Shown here piece after piece: positions 19,784 to 28,050 of a stretch of DNA of 63,333 nucleotides. The notes under the pieces were generated by a model. It did no database searches and was not told where the DNA came from. It was given only the letters and a program-made list of their open reading frames with translations. Numbering within the stretch: position 1 is the first letter of the stretch; each line of letters opens with the position of its first letter. A program made the translations under genes and the position numbers. Origin of the DNA: an uncultured Candidatus Saccharibacteria bacterium (GTDB lineage: Bacteria; Patescibacteriota; Dojkabacteria; GCA-016699595; JBAXKR01); assembly GCA_964430225.1 (NCBI GenBank), contig CAYSFE010000002.1:1-63333 (forward strand). The letters are read 5' to 3'.

Positions 19784-22108
19784 ATGTCAATTAGTAATAT
19801 TTTTCTATTTCTGGTATATTCCGCCTATCTTATATCATTTATTTTTCTTATGAAACTTTCAAAATTAGCATCCGTAATTTTAGTAGTATTAGCATTTTGT
19901 CTTCCTTGGGTAAATTCCACGTTAACTGTAAATGTATTAGAAGAAACAAAGAACATATTTTTGCTATTAGTTGTTCTAATACTTGGAATTATCTATCTAT
20001 ATAGATCATATTTAAGGAAAGACATCAGGTTTATTAAAACACCTTTTGACTTCCCAGTAATACTTTGGATGGTAATCAATTTAATCTCAACATTCTTAAG
20101 TGTATCTTCACAATACAGTGGATGGGGAGTATTAAATAGAATGAGTGGTTCAATAGTGTCTACATTGTCACTAGGTGCTCTATATTTCTTGATAGTAAAT
20201 TTACTTGAAAATGAATCTGAAATTAGATCAATTGTAAAAGGAATGATTGTTTCTGTAGGACTGATGGCAATTGTGTACTTGTTAAAAATAACTGGAGTAT
20301 TAGATCCAGTATTTAGTGCTCTTTCAAATCAGAATATCATTTCTCCCGTTCTTGGAAATGGCTCCCTTTCTTTAGTCGGTGGGTATGATCAATTGTCTTT
20401 GTTATTCTTAGTAACAGTTCCACTTACACTTCAATATGTAGTTGATGCGAATAAGCCAATAGATAGAATTATTGGAGTATCTTCTCTAGTTTTTCAATTA
20501 GCTACATTCTTAGGGATAAACTTTAATTCTCTTCCTCTATTTAGTGCTATTGCAAGTATAGTTTTAATGCTTGCTTCAGTAATATATATATTTATAAAGT
20601 ATAGGCAGGTGTGGTTTGAGACACATATCATTTCAAGTATTATCATTGTAGCTGCAATTCTTGTCTCTATACTTTTAATGGGTATTCCTACTATTAAGTC
20701 ATCTATTAATTTGAAAACAACTTTTCCAAGAGCCCCTGAACTTAACTTTACAGATGCTTGGTATGTATCTACAAAAACTTGGACTGAGATTCCAATAAAA
20801 GGTCTACTTATTGGATCTGGTCCAGATACATATGCAATTGCCTTTAATAGATTTAAACCTGAAACTTTAGCAACAATAGAGTTTGATAAGTCTTCTTCAC
20901 AAGTATTTGAAATTATGTCGAATATCGGACTTCTTGGACTTGCAGTTTTTCTATATATGTTAGTTAAAGTACTTAACTTCACGTTTAAGAAATTGAGTAC
21001 ACTTTCAAGCCAAACTGAGTATACCTTAGTATTTGGATTATCACTTTCTGCCCTTCTCTTCTTAATTTCAAATTTCTTTAATGGAAATTATGTGACTGTA
21101 CAAACGTATTTCTATTTAATCCTTGGTCTCATGTCTGTGATGTATGTATACAACAATAAGATGAGCAATGAAGAACTGGTATTTTCTTTTAAACTTAATA
21201 GAAACAAGTTGACAGAGGAAAGAACATTAGAGCTTCTTCCAATTATAAGTTTAATACTAATAAGTGTCTTTATGGTGTACACAGTCATAACTGTTGGTAA
21301 TTCATACATGTCTTCTATCAACTTTCAAAAGGCACTGAATAAAGAGAGTGAAGCAATAAAGTTTTTAAACTCTAAAGAAAATAAAATTGAAAAACTAGAA
21401 GATAAAAAAACTTTAGTAGGGCTATATAAAGAAGCATATAACCTTGCACTTGAATCAAATAAGAACCAAACAAGAGATTACTCCTTAAGACAATTATCTG
21501 TTTACGCTCTGTATATTGTTCTAAATAACCAAAGGAAAGTTGATTCAACAGACAAAGTTCTTACTGATGATGAATTAAATGGATACTTAACATCTTTAGC
21601 TGATGCAAACGGATCTGTTAATTTATCTATCCAAGCTAACCCTAATAATTATTCCAACTATGAATCTGGATCTTTAATATTTCAACAACTATACAATTTA
21701 AATCAAAGTTTGGTTAAGGATAATAAAGACAGTAAAGATGTTGCTCTTAAAGATAGGCCATACTTTACACAAGCCTTAAGTTTAGCTAATGCATCTTTAA
21801 AGCTTAATCCAACAAGAATTGATACTATGCTAGTTCTAGGTCAACTTCTAACAGCAAGTTCAAGCCAAGAAGACATTACTACTGCAAAGAATCTCTTTGA
21901 GACTGCATATAGACTAAATAGGTCAAACCTTAACTCTGTGAGCTTATTAGGACAGTTCTATGAGGCTACCGCTAACTATACAACTGCTAAACAGCTCTAT
22001 ACATTTACAAAAGAAAACTTTGTACAAAAGGATAGCGAGCTATATAAAAACCTAGATAGTAAGATTGCAGAAATGGATAAGAAGATTGCTGAGAGCACTA
22101 AGAAGTAA
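19784..22108 (+). CDS. polytopic membrane protein, O-antigen ligase/Wzy_C-like, with a C-terminal helical-repeat (TPR-like) domain
   Basis: 774 aa. About 460 aa form many TM helices followed by an LIGSGPDTYAIAFNRF motif (hGxGxxxF..y, as in WaaL/PglL-type proteins). The soluble C-terminus is helical and repeat-like. Confidence 0.5.
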   Translation: MSISNIFLFLVYSAYLISFIFLMKLSKLASVILVVLAFCLPWVNSTLTVNVLEETKNIFLLLVVLILGIIYLYRSYLRKDIRFIKTPFDFPVILWMVINLISTFLSVSSQYSGWGVLNRMSGSIVSTLSLGALYFLIVNLLENESEIRSIVKGMIVSVGLMAIVYLLKITGVLDPVFSALSNQNIISPVLGNGSLSLVGGYDQLSLLFLVTVPLTLQYVVDANKPIDRIIGVSSLVFQLATFLGINFNSLPLFSAIASIVLMLASVIYIFIKYRQVWFETHIISSIIIVAAILVSILLMGIPTIKSSINLKTTFPRAPELNFTDAWYVSTKTWTEIPIKGLLIGSGPDTYAIAFNRFKPETLATIEFDKSSSQVFEIMSNIGLLGLAVFLYMLVKVLNFTFKKLSTLSSQTEYTLVFGLSLSALLFLISNFFNGNYVTVQTYFYLILGLMSVMYVYNNKMSNEELVFSFKLNRNKLTEERTLELLPIISLILISVFMVYTVITVGNSYMSSINFQKALNKESEAIKFLNSKENKIEKLEDKKTLVGLYKEAYNLALESNKNQTRDYSLRQLSVYALYIVLNNQRKVDSTDKVLTDDELNGYLTSLADANGSVNLSIQANPNNYSNYESGSLIFQQLYNLNQSLVKDNKDSKDVALKDRPYFTQALSLANASLKLNPTRIDTMLVLGQLLTASSSQEDITTAKNLFETAYRLNRSNLNSVSLLGQFYEATANYTTAKQLYTFTKENFVQKDSELYKNLDSKIAEMDKKIAESTKK

Positions 22109-22178
22109 GCCGAAGATAGGAGTTGAACCTACGACCCATCCCTTACGAAGGGAGCGCTCTACCACTGAGCTACTTCGG
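22107..22178 (-). tRNA. tRNA-Thr (anticodon CGT), CCA not encoded
   Basis: The reverse complement GCCGAAGTAGCTCAGTGGTAGAGCG-CTCCC-TTCGTAA-GGGAT... folds as a cloverleaf with T arm GTAGG-TTCAACT-CCTAT and acceptor GCCGAAG/CTTCGGC. Confidence 0.9.
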
Positions 22179-22185
22179 CAAATAC

Positions 22186-22560
22186 TTACTCAGATAGTTT
22201 TCCAATATATGGTAGATAGTACTTTTCCCCTTTATTCATCTTGTATAACATGAATATATGAAGAACAATTGGAACAATTGTTAAAGGAACAAAAACAATA
22301 CTTATTAATCCAAAAGTTAAGAATATTAAAGGAATCATACAAATACTTAATATAGTTCCAATAATTAACTCAGCTAATGCCACATAAATAGATTGCTTAG
22401 CGTTAAACTTAACAAGTGGGTTAGCATCATTAAGAAAGAATAGAGGGCCTATTAAAGGAAGTAATATCCACATTACAATCCCTTTTAAAAGAACATCGTT
22501 ATCTTTTACGTATTTACTTAAATCGTCTGAGGCATTTGTTTGTGTGTTTGTGTTTTCCAT
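22186..22560 (-). CDS. small membrane protein, DUF4870-like
   Basis: 124 aa with 3 TM helices. Contains the motif N-x-x-PLVKFNAKQS and a C-terminal YLPYIG. Paralog of 22638..22979. Confidence 0.6.
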   Translation of the reverse strand: MENTNTQTNASDDLSKYVKDNDVLLKGIVMWILLPLIGPLFFLNDANPLVKFNAKQSIYVALAELIIGTILSICMIPLIFLTFGLISIVFVPLTIVPIVLHIFMLYKMNKGEKYYLPYIGKLSE

Positions 22561-22583
22561 GTGTATATTATACAGCTAAGAGA

Positions 22584-22614
22584 TAAAAAAATACCACCCG
22601 AGTTCGGGTGGTAT
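22584..22614 (-). terminator. rho-independent terminator downstream of 22638..22979
   Basis: On the minus strand, a perfect 10-bp stem (ATACCACCCG-AACT-CGGGTGGTAT) is followed by a T7 run. Confidence 0.8.
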
Positions 22615-22637
22615 CTAATTTCTACATAATTGAAGAA

Positions 22638-22979
22638 TTAAGCTTTTTCAGCCATATCTCCGATTACTGGAAGTTTTACTTTAACTCCACTTTTCATCTT
22701 CATAACCATAAAGATGATGATAACTATATGTGCGACCACTACTACTAATCCAACGCACCAGCCTACTATTGGAATAATTCCACAAACTACTGAAATTATT
22801 ACTACAGCAATACCATAATATAGGGATTGTTTTGCGTAAAATTTAACAAAAGGATCAGTTTCGTTCATGTAAAATAAGTATCCTATTGGAGCAAGTAACC
22901 ATAATACGATTGCTTTTACCAACATATCATTATTCCCAGAACTAGCTGGTTTTGATTCTGCTACTACTGCGTCTGCCAT
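22638..22979 (-). CDS. small membrane protein, DUF4870-like
   Basis: 113 aa with the same topology and motifs as its paralog (DPFVKFYAKQS; KLPVIG). Confidence 0.6.
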   Translation of the reverse strand: MADAVVAESKPASSGNNDMLVKAIVLWLLAPIGYLFYMNETDPFVKFYAKQSLYYGIAVVIISVVCGIIPIVGWCVGLVVVVAHIVIIIFMVMKMKSGVKVKLPVIGDMAEKA

Positions 22980-23042
22980 TGAGTAAAGTATAAAAAATTA
23001 AACTTATGAAATGATACAACTAATTTCCTAAAAAGCAAAGGA

Positions 23043-23312
23043 TTATCTACCCCATCTCCATCTTGGTTTTTCCCCTTTCTTATAGCATATAACTATTAAA
23101 ATTATTGTAGGTATAAGGATGTATAGAAAGTAAAGAAAAACATCTTCTTCTCTTTTATCAAATAAATTTCTAATTTCTGGAATAAATAAGGGAAAGAAAA
23201 TTAAGAAGAAATATATCAAATAAACAACCCAACCTTCCCATCTTAAAGGAAGTCCCCAACCCCATCCAAATGTTTTTGCTCTAAACCAAAGTTCTTTATT
23301 TACTTTGTCCAC
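23043..23312 (-). CDS. small Trp-rich membrane protein
   Basis: 89 aa with 2 TM helices, an N-terminal WFRAKTFGWGWGLPLRWEGW and a C-terminal PRWRWGR. Confidence 0.5.
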   Translation of the reverse strand: MDKVNKELWFRAKTFGWGWGLPLRWEGWVVYLIYFFLIFFPLFIPEIRNLFDKREEDVFLYFLYILIPTIILIVICYKKGEKPRWRWGR

Positions 23313-23557
23313 CTTATATTCTTAGAATTCTTACTTACATAGTAGATAAATATTGCTGTTACTAATGCAACATATCCAACTAGTAAGAACAAATATGATG
23401 AATTTAATAATGTTTGTGTAGGAAAAGCAGTGTTTTGAGACACAAATAGTAAAGGTACAACTACTAATACAGCAAAGCCTAGTAAAACCATCCATCCATC
23501 TACTTTATCTTTTGAAGTCTTACTTACTGACTTTGGGGCAGATTTTTTCTTAGCCAT
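23300..23557 (-). CDS. small membrane protein
   Basis: 85 aa with a Lys-rich N-terminus followed by 2 TM helices. Overlaps both neighbours as in an operon. Confidence 0.45.
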   Translation of the reverse strand: MAKKKSAPKSVSKTSKDKVDGWMVLLGFAVLVVVPLLFVSQNTAFPTQTLLNSSYLFLLVGYVALVTAIFIYYVSKNSKNIRWTK

Positions 23558-24314
23558 TCTTTTTAAAATATTTAATAAATAAATTGTAAACCATTTTAAC
23601 TACAATAATTAATAAGAATATTCTAGCAAATATGAGTAAGTTTGAAAGCATGTCATATTTAGGGCTTGGTACGGTGCTTAATGACATCTGAACAAAAGAT
23701 AACTGTGAATTAATTCCAAATAATGCCCAGGCTATTACTCCAGCATAAGATAAGTTTTTCTCTTTAAAGAGGTAGTAAAGAGCTAGTAATGTTGCTACAA
23801 ACATTACAATAATAGTCCAAACATCAGCACCTATTCCAAATCCATTCCAATTCTTAGAGTAAAGGAATACTGCAATATTGGCTATAGTTGCTACACTGAT
23901 CCAACCTAGATAAATACTCATTGGAACTTTAAAGTATGAAACTTCATTACGTATATTTCTATAAATATATATTAAACTTCCTAGTAAACCTAACATTACA
24001 ATCACACTAGATGCAATTCTTAGGTTATGCCAAAGAACTATCCAAAGCATGTTAAGACAAGCAGATATGATATATGCAATAGTTACATTTCTTGAAACTT
24101 CTTTTTTAAATGAATAAATACTAAATACTACTAAAGCTATATATATTACTCCCCATATTGAAAATGTAAACGATGCAGGAGTAAATAGAGTTGGAAACAT
24201 ATCAGATATCTCTTTAGTAGTTCTACCAGCTAAGGGTAATCCTGTAGCTAATCCATTAACTATAATAGTAGCAAGAGTAAAGAAAGATATTAGGTATGGA
24301 TAGAATTTCTTCAT
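23550..24314 (-). CDS. TspO/MBR-related (tryptophan-rich sensory protein-like) membrane protein, long form
   Basis: 254 aa, polytopic. The stretch GLPLAGRTTKEISDMFPTLFTPASFTFSIWGVIYIAL matches the pattern of long TspO-like proteins as I recall it. Confidence 0.55.
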   Translation of the reverse strand: MKKFYPYLISFFTLATIIVNGLATGLPLAGRTTKEISDMFPTLFTPASFTFSIWGVIYIALVVFSIYSFKKEVSRNVTIAYIISACLNMLWIVLWHNLRIASSVIVMLGLLGSLIYIYRNIRNEVSYFKVPMSIYLGWISVATIANIAVFLYSKNWNGFGIGADVWTIIVMFVATLLALYYLFKEKNLSYAGVIAWALFGINSQLSFVQMSLSTVPSPKYDMLSNLLIFARIFLLIIVVKMVYNLFIKYFKKNG

Positions 24315-24409
24315 TATGAAAATATATAAAGTAATAAAATATATACAAACAAATTTAACATCAATTTGATAAGATGTGAAGATAGTAAGGCAGAATTAGA
24401 ATAAATAAG

Positions 24410-25327
24410 ATGAAAAACGAAATAATTATAAAACTTATTCGGGTATTAGAAGAGAGACTGTTTATTAAAATATTGAAAATTACTATTCCTCCACAAGGGA
24501 TGGATAGTCAAGTATTTATAATTATCGATAGTGAAGCGAAAGAATTTGTTATTAAATTTTCAAAATGGGCTTTTAATGACAAATTCGCATATGACCTGAT
24601 AAATAAGCATAAACTTAATATTCCAATTCCAAATGTATTAGGTAGTTTTGTATTTCAGGAAAATCAAGTACTAATACTAGAAAAGATTTATTACCCTCTT
24701 TTGGAATCTGTAAATGATAAATCTAAATATATTCCATCAATGATTAATTGTCTTAAATCAATACATGAAATAAAGTCTAATACCGCAGGACTACTAAATA
24801 CAAAATTAAATATGACTTGGAAAGAAATCTTACTTTCAAAATTTAATGGAAATGATGAGTTACTAGATTGGAGAATTATTACAAAAAGGAAAAGTTTGGA
24901 TAAAGATCTAATACTAAAATCAATTGATAAGTTAGTTATACAAATTGAAGAGAAAGAATTTCTAACTAGTAACTATTCACTTCTTCATCCCGATTTTAAT
25001 CAGAGAAATCTTTTTATAGATCCAGATTCAAATAAAATAACAGGAATAATTGACTGGAGTGAATCAATGTTTGGAGATCCAGTATATGATTTCGCTCGCT
25101 TAAGAATGTTTATTTGGCACTTTAACCTCGGAGAAGAAGTTTTGCAACAATATTATTCACTTGTAAATTTTAATGAAAAAGAAAGAGAAATAGAACAGAT
25201 ATACTTTGTATCCTTTATCATCGAGTATCTCGCATATTACTCAGAGGAGTTAGATGAATTTAATAAAAGTAGATTACTACTTCACCAAGAATATCTAAGG
25301 GTGTATATAAATAGCTTTTCAAATTAG
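24410..25327 (+). CDS. phosphotransferase-family kinase (APH/choline-kinase-like)
   Basis: Catalytic loop LLHPDFNQRNLFI and metal-binding segment GIIDWSESMFGDPVYDFA. Confidence 0.65.
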   Translation: MKNEIIIKLIRVLEERLFIKILKITIPPQGMDSQVFIIIDSEAKEFVIKFSKWAFNDKFAYDLINKHKLNIPIPNVLGSFVFQENQVLILEKIYYPLLESVNDKSKYIPSMINCLKSIHEIKSNTAGLLNTKLNMTWKEILLSKFNGNDELLDWRIITKRKSLDKDLILKSIDKLVIQIEEKEFLTSNYSLLHPDFNQRNLFIDPDSNKITGIIDWSESMFGDPVYDFARLRMFIWHFNLGEEVLQQYYSLVNFNEKEREIEQIYFVSFIIEYLAYYSEELDEFNKSRLLLHQEYLRVYINSFSN

Positions 25328-26011
25328 AGTTAAAGATTCTAGTAGTTTGTTTTTGGATAATATTACTCTTTCAGGTACTTCTTGCACTATTTGAAATCCA
25401 AGCTTAGGATTCTCAATTATTTTATCTATCTCTTTTACCATCTGATTAATAACCCTGTTTTTATCTAGGCTTGTATTAAGATATTCTTCCAAAGAAAGAT
25501 TAGGTGAGGCTACATATACCAATGTATTCTTATCAGGCCATTGCTTTTTAAATGTTGCATAAAATCTTCTTTCTGAGTACGGTTTGCAAACCAATATTAC
25601 TGATTTAGGGTTAATATTCTTTTCCTTTAATAACTTGTAACTAAGGGTAACGTTTTCTCCTGTGTGTTTTGCTTTATCTTCTATCAATATATTTTCTTTA
25701 GGTACTCCTTTTTCAATAGCAACTTTAGAAAACATTATCGCTTCAGGTTCTATCCATAAGTCTTTGGTAACAGTTCCAAGACCACCTGAAAAAAGTATTA
25801 GAGGAGCATAAGAAGATAGATAAATTTCTGTGGCTCTCTGAGCTACTCTTAAATCATGACTTCCCCCTACTAGAATTAAATCAGACTTCTTAATTGGTTG
25901 ATTTAACTTTAAGTAATCCCAAAGAACTTGTAAGTGTTTTAAAGTGTCTTCTGAAATGTTCAATTCAATATATATTCCCATCCTGGTTTCCAAGCCTTTG
26001 TTTTTCTCCAA
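25319..26011 (-). CDS. YdcF/DUF218-family protein
   Basis: Contains LILVGGSHDLRVAQRA, GGLGT and AKHTGEN motifs. The true start is probably the second Met (25981), which reduces the overlap with the upstream gene. Confidence 0.6.
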   Translation of the reverse strand: MEKNKGLETRMGIYIELNISEDTLKHLQVLWDYLKLNQPIKKSDLILVGGSHDLRVAQRATEIYLSSYAPLILFSGGLGTVTKDLWIEPEAIMFSKVAIEKGVPKENILIEDKAKHTGENVTLSYKLLKEKNINPKSVILVCKPYSERRFYATFKKQWPDKNTLVYVASPNLSLEEYLNTSLDKNRVINQMVKEIDKIIENPKLGFQIVQEVPERVILSKNKLLESLTLI

Positions 26012-26502
26012 TCTTCACTAAAAGCTTGTTTCCAAGTTTTTCCTTTAAGTAAAACATCAAGGGCTAGTTGAGGAGCTTTATGTGCCATTATAGCTACTCT
26101 TTTACCATCATAGTTTTCTTTTAGGTATTTTAAGAAATCAGAGATTCTTTCTTTTACATCTTCATAACTTTCTCCATCTGGGAATCTCTCTGTGATCATT
26201 TTTTCTTGTAAGGGTTCAACAATACTTGATTCTTTACCATTGTATTTACCATAGTTACATTCTCTAAGTCTTCGATCTTCAATTATTGTAGCAAGTCCAT
26301 TAAAAGCAAGCCTTGCTGATGTCACAGCTCTAATGAGATCAGAACAAAATACTACATCAAACTTTGTTAAATCAGTCTTGTCTTTTAAGTTTGTTACTTG
26401 TTCTATTCCTAAATCAGATAACTTAACATCACTCCATCCTGAAGATATTTCTTTCTCATTATCTGTTGTTGTTCCATGAACAAAATATGTAATGTTTACC
26501 AT
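25960..26502 (-). CDS. histidine phosphatase (phosphoglycerate-mutase-like) family protein, with VHG in place of RHG
   Basis: 180 aa with N-terminal ITYFVHGTTTDNE, a later CSDLIRA and a C-terminal AIMAHKAPQ. The layout is family-typical but the motif Arg is replaced. Confidence 0.5.
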   Translation of the reverse strand: MVNITYFVHGTTTDNEKEISSGWSDVKLSDLGIEQVTNLKDKTDLTKFDVVFCSDLIRAVTSARLAFNGLATIIEDRRLRECNYGKYNGKESSIVEPLQEKMITERFPDGESYEDVKERISDFLKYLKENYDGKRVAIMAHKAPQLALDVLLKGKTWKQAFSEDWRKTKAWKPGWEYILN

Positions 26503-26520
26503 AAATAGAGAGATAAAATA

Positions 26521-26976
26521 TTAAAGCGATTTTTCCCATTCACGAACTACTTTAAGAGAGTCTTCTTCTAATTCAGATAAATGAACTATTTCTATTGGAT
26601 GATTAAACTTGGAATTAATCTCAACTTGATCATAGCTTCCTCCATAGTATTCTGTAGATACCTTACTCTTACTTAGAGCATATACAATTCTAGATATAGA
26701 ACTCCACATAGAAGCACCTAAACACATTACGCATGGTTCCATAGAGGCATATAGCGTGCAGCCTGTAAGATTTGTTGTCTTATATTCTTTACATGCTGCT
26801 CTAATTGATTCCATTTCAGGATGACAAGTTGGGTCATTGAGTTTATTTCCTAAGGCTATTCCCTCTCCTACTACTCTTCCTTCTTTTACAATTACTGCCC
26901 CTGCTGGAAATCCTCCTTTTGAAATTGACTCTTTAGCTTTCTCAATAGCTTTTAGAAGAAATTCTTTATCATCCAT
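26521..26976 (-). CDS. CMP/dCMP-type zinc deaminase (TadA/guanine-deaminase-like)
   Basis: Zinc motifs HPEMESI and PCVMCLGA. The start is moved to Met35 of the tracked ORF because the upstream extension lies over tRNA-Gly. Confidence 0.8.
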   Translation of the reverse strand: MDDKEFLLKAIEKAKESISKGGFPAGAVIVKEGRVVGEGIALGNKLNDPTCHPEMESIRAACKEYKTTNLTGCTLYASMEPCVMCLGASMWSSISRIVYALSKSKVSTEYYGGSYDQVEINSKFNHPIEIVHLSELEEDSLKVVREWEKSL

Positions 26977-26996
26977 ATTATGAAAGTAATATATAT

Positions 26997-27072
26997 TGGA
27001 GCGAAAGACGAGATTCGAACTCGCGACCTCTTCCTTGGGAAGGAAGCGTTCTACCAACTGAACTACTTTCGC
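26997..27072 (-). tRNA. tRNA-Gly (anticodon CCC), CCA encoded, discriminator U
   Basis: The reverse complement GCGAAAGTAGTTCAGTTGGTAGAACG-CTTCC-TTCCCAA-GGAAG-AGGTC-GCGAG-TTCGAAT-CTCGT-CTTTCGC-T-CCA folds as a cloverleaf. Confidence 0.9.
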
Positions 27073-27124
27073 CCTCAATAGGATTTTACCACCAAAAATG
27101 GATTAGCTCTATTTAATATTGATA

Positions 27125-27883
27125 TTATTTTACTAATGTAGCTATTAGTAAACCACTTACACCTAATATTGCAGCTATGATCTTTCGTATCATATTACTT
27201 TTCTCTTTTAGTATTAGGAAAGCTAATACTACTGTAGTTATTGAAGAAAGTTGAGCAAATCCAATTACAAGATTTGTGTTCGTAGCTACATTTAATGCTC
27301 CATAGAAAGTAATAGCTGATATTGCGTAAAGAACAAAAGAAATAATAGAGGATTTGTTTAAATAGCTTTTAGGAGCTTTAACTATTTCAAGTGAATCCTT
27401 TGGAAAGAAAACAATTGTAGCTAGAGCAGGAAGTATAAATGCAATCGCTGTATACATATAAACTTCTACATGTTTAACTAAAAATGCATCATTTGCAGTT
27501 GCTACACCATAAGAAAGTGCTGCTAAAATACTAAAAACAAAGCCTTGGTTAAATTTAAAAGAAGATTTGTCTTTAAAATGTACTACTAATGTTGCCAATA
27601 GAATTAGCGAAATTCCAAAAGCTTGATAAATATTTAGTGAGGTACTAAATATTAAGACAGATAAGAAGATACTAATAACAGTCTTGTTTCCACTTATGAT
27701 TCTATACACAGAAGCATCTACAAGTTTTAATGCTTTAAATGTAAATATTGTCCCTAATAAATACCCAATTGTCATAATCACAAGGTTAGGAAGAAGAGTA
27801 TTTAGATCAAATCTAATATCAAGTTTTCCTATTAATATTCCAAAGATTCCTATTATTACACCACAAAACAATTGGAAAATCAC
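27125..27883 (-). CDS. EamA/DMT-family transporter. The N-terminus probably extends upstream of the tracked GTG
   Basis: 252 aa, polytopic. The in-frame upstream 50 codons (to 28033) encode a further TM helix but contain no ATG, GTG or TTG. Confidence 0.6.
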   Translation of the reverse strand: MIFQLFCGVIIGIFGILIGKLDIRFDLNTLLPNLVIMTIGYLLGTIFTFKALKLVDASVYRIISGNKTVISIFLSVLIFSTSLNIYQAFGISLILLATLVVHFKDKSSFKFNQGFVFSILAALSYGVATANDAFLVKHVEVYMYTAIAFILPALATIVFFPKDSLEIVKAPKSYLNKSSIISFVLYAISAITFYGALNVATNTNLVIGFAQLSSITTVVLAFLILKEKSNMIRKIIAAILGVSGLLIATLVK

Positions 27884-28050
27884 TGATCCTGCAATAGGAT
27901 TTGTTTTGTCATTTGAAGCAAATTTCTTTTGAAAAATAAGTGCAAGAGCGCTTGTTGTAAAGGAAATAGTAATAAGAATAAACCAAGTTATAAATATTAT
28001 GTAATATCTAATTCTTTTAAAACTACTTGAATATTATATCATCTAATACC

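Noticed and set aside
20494-21321. Minus-strand ORFs 20494..20982 and 21112..21321
   Set aside because: They are antisense to the 774-aa membrane protein, with no motifs and no start context.
22065-22253. 62-aa plus-strand ORF
   Set aside because: It lies across tRNA-Thr (22107..22178) and overlaps the ends of two real genes. It is a translation artefact of the GC-rich tRNA.
26977-27078. N-terminal 34 codons of the tracked ORF 26521..27078 (MRAKVVQLVERFLPKEEVASSNLVFRS...)
   Set aside because: This stretch is the antisense or in-frame read-through of tRNA-Gly(CCC) at 26997..27072. The deaminase most plausibly starts at the Met at 26976.
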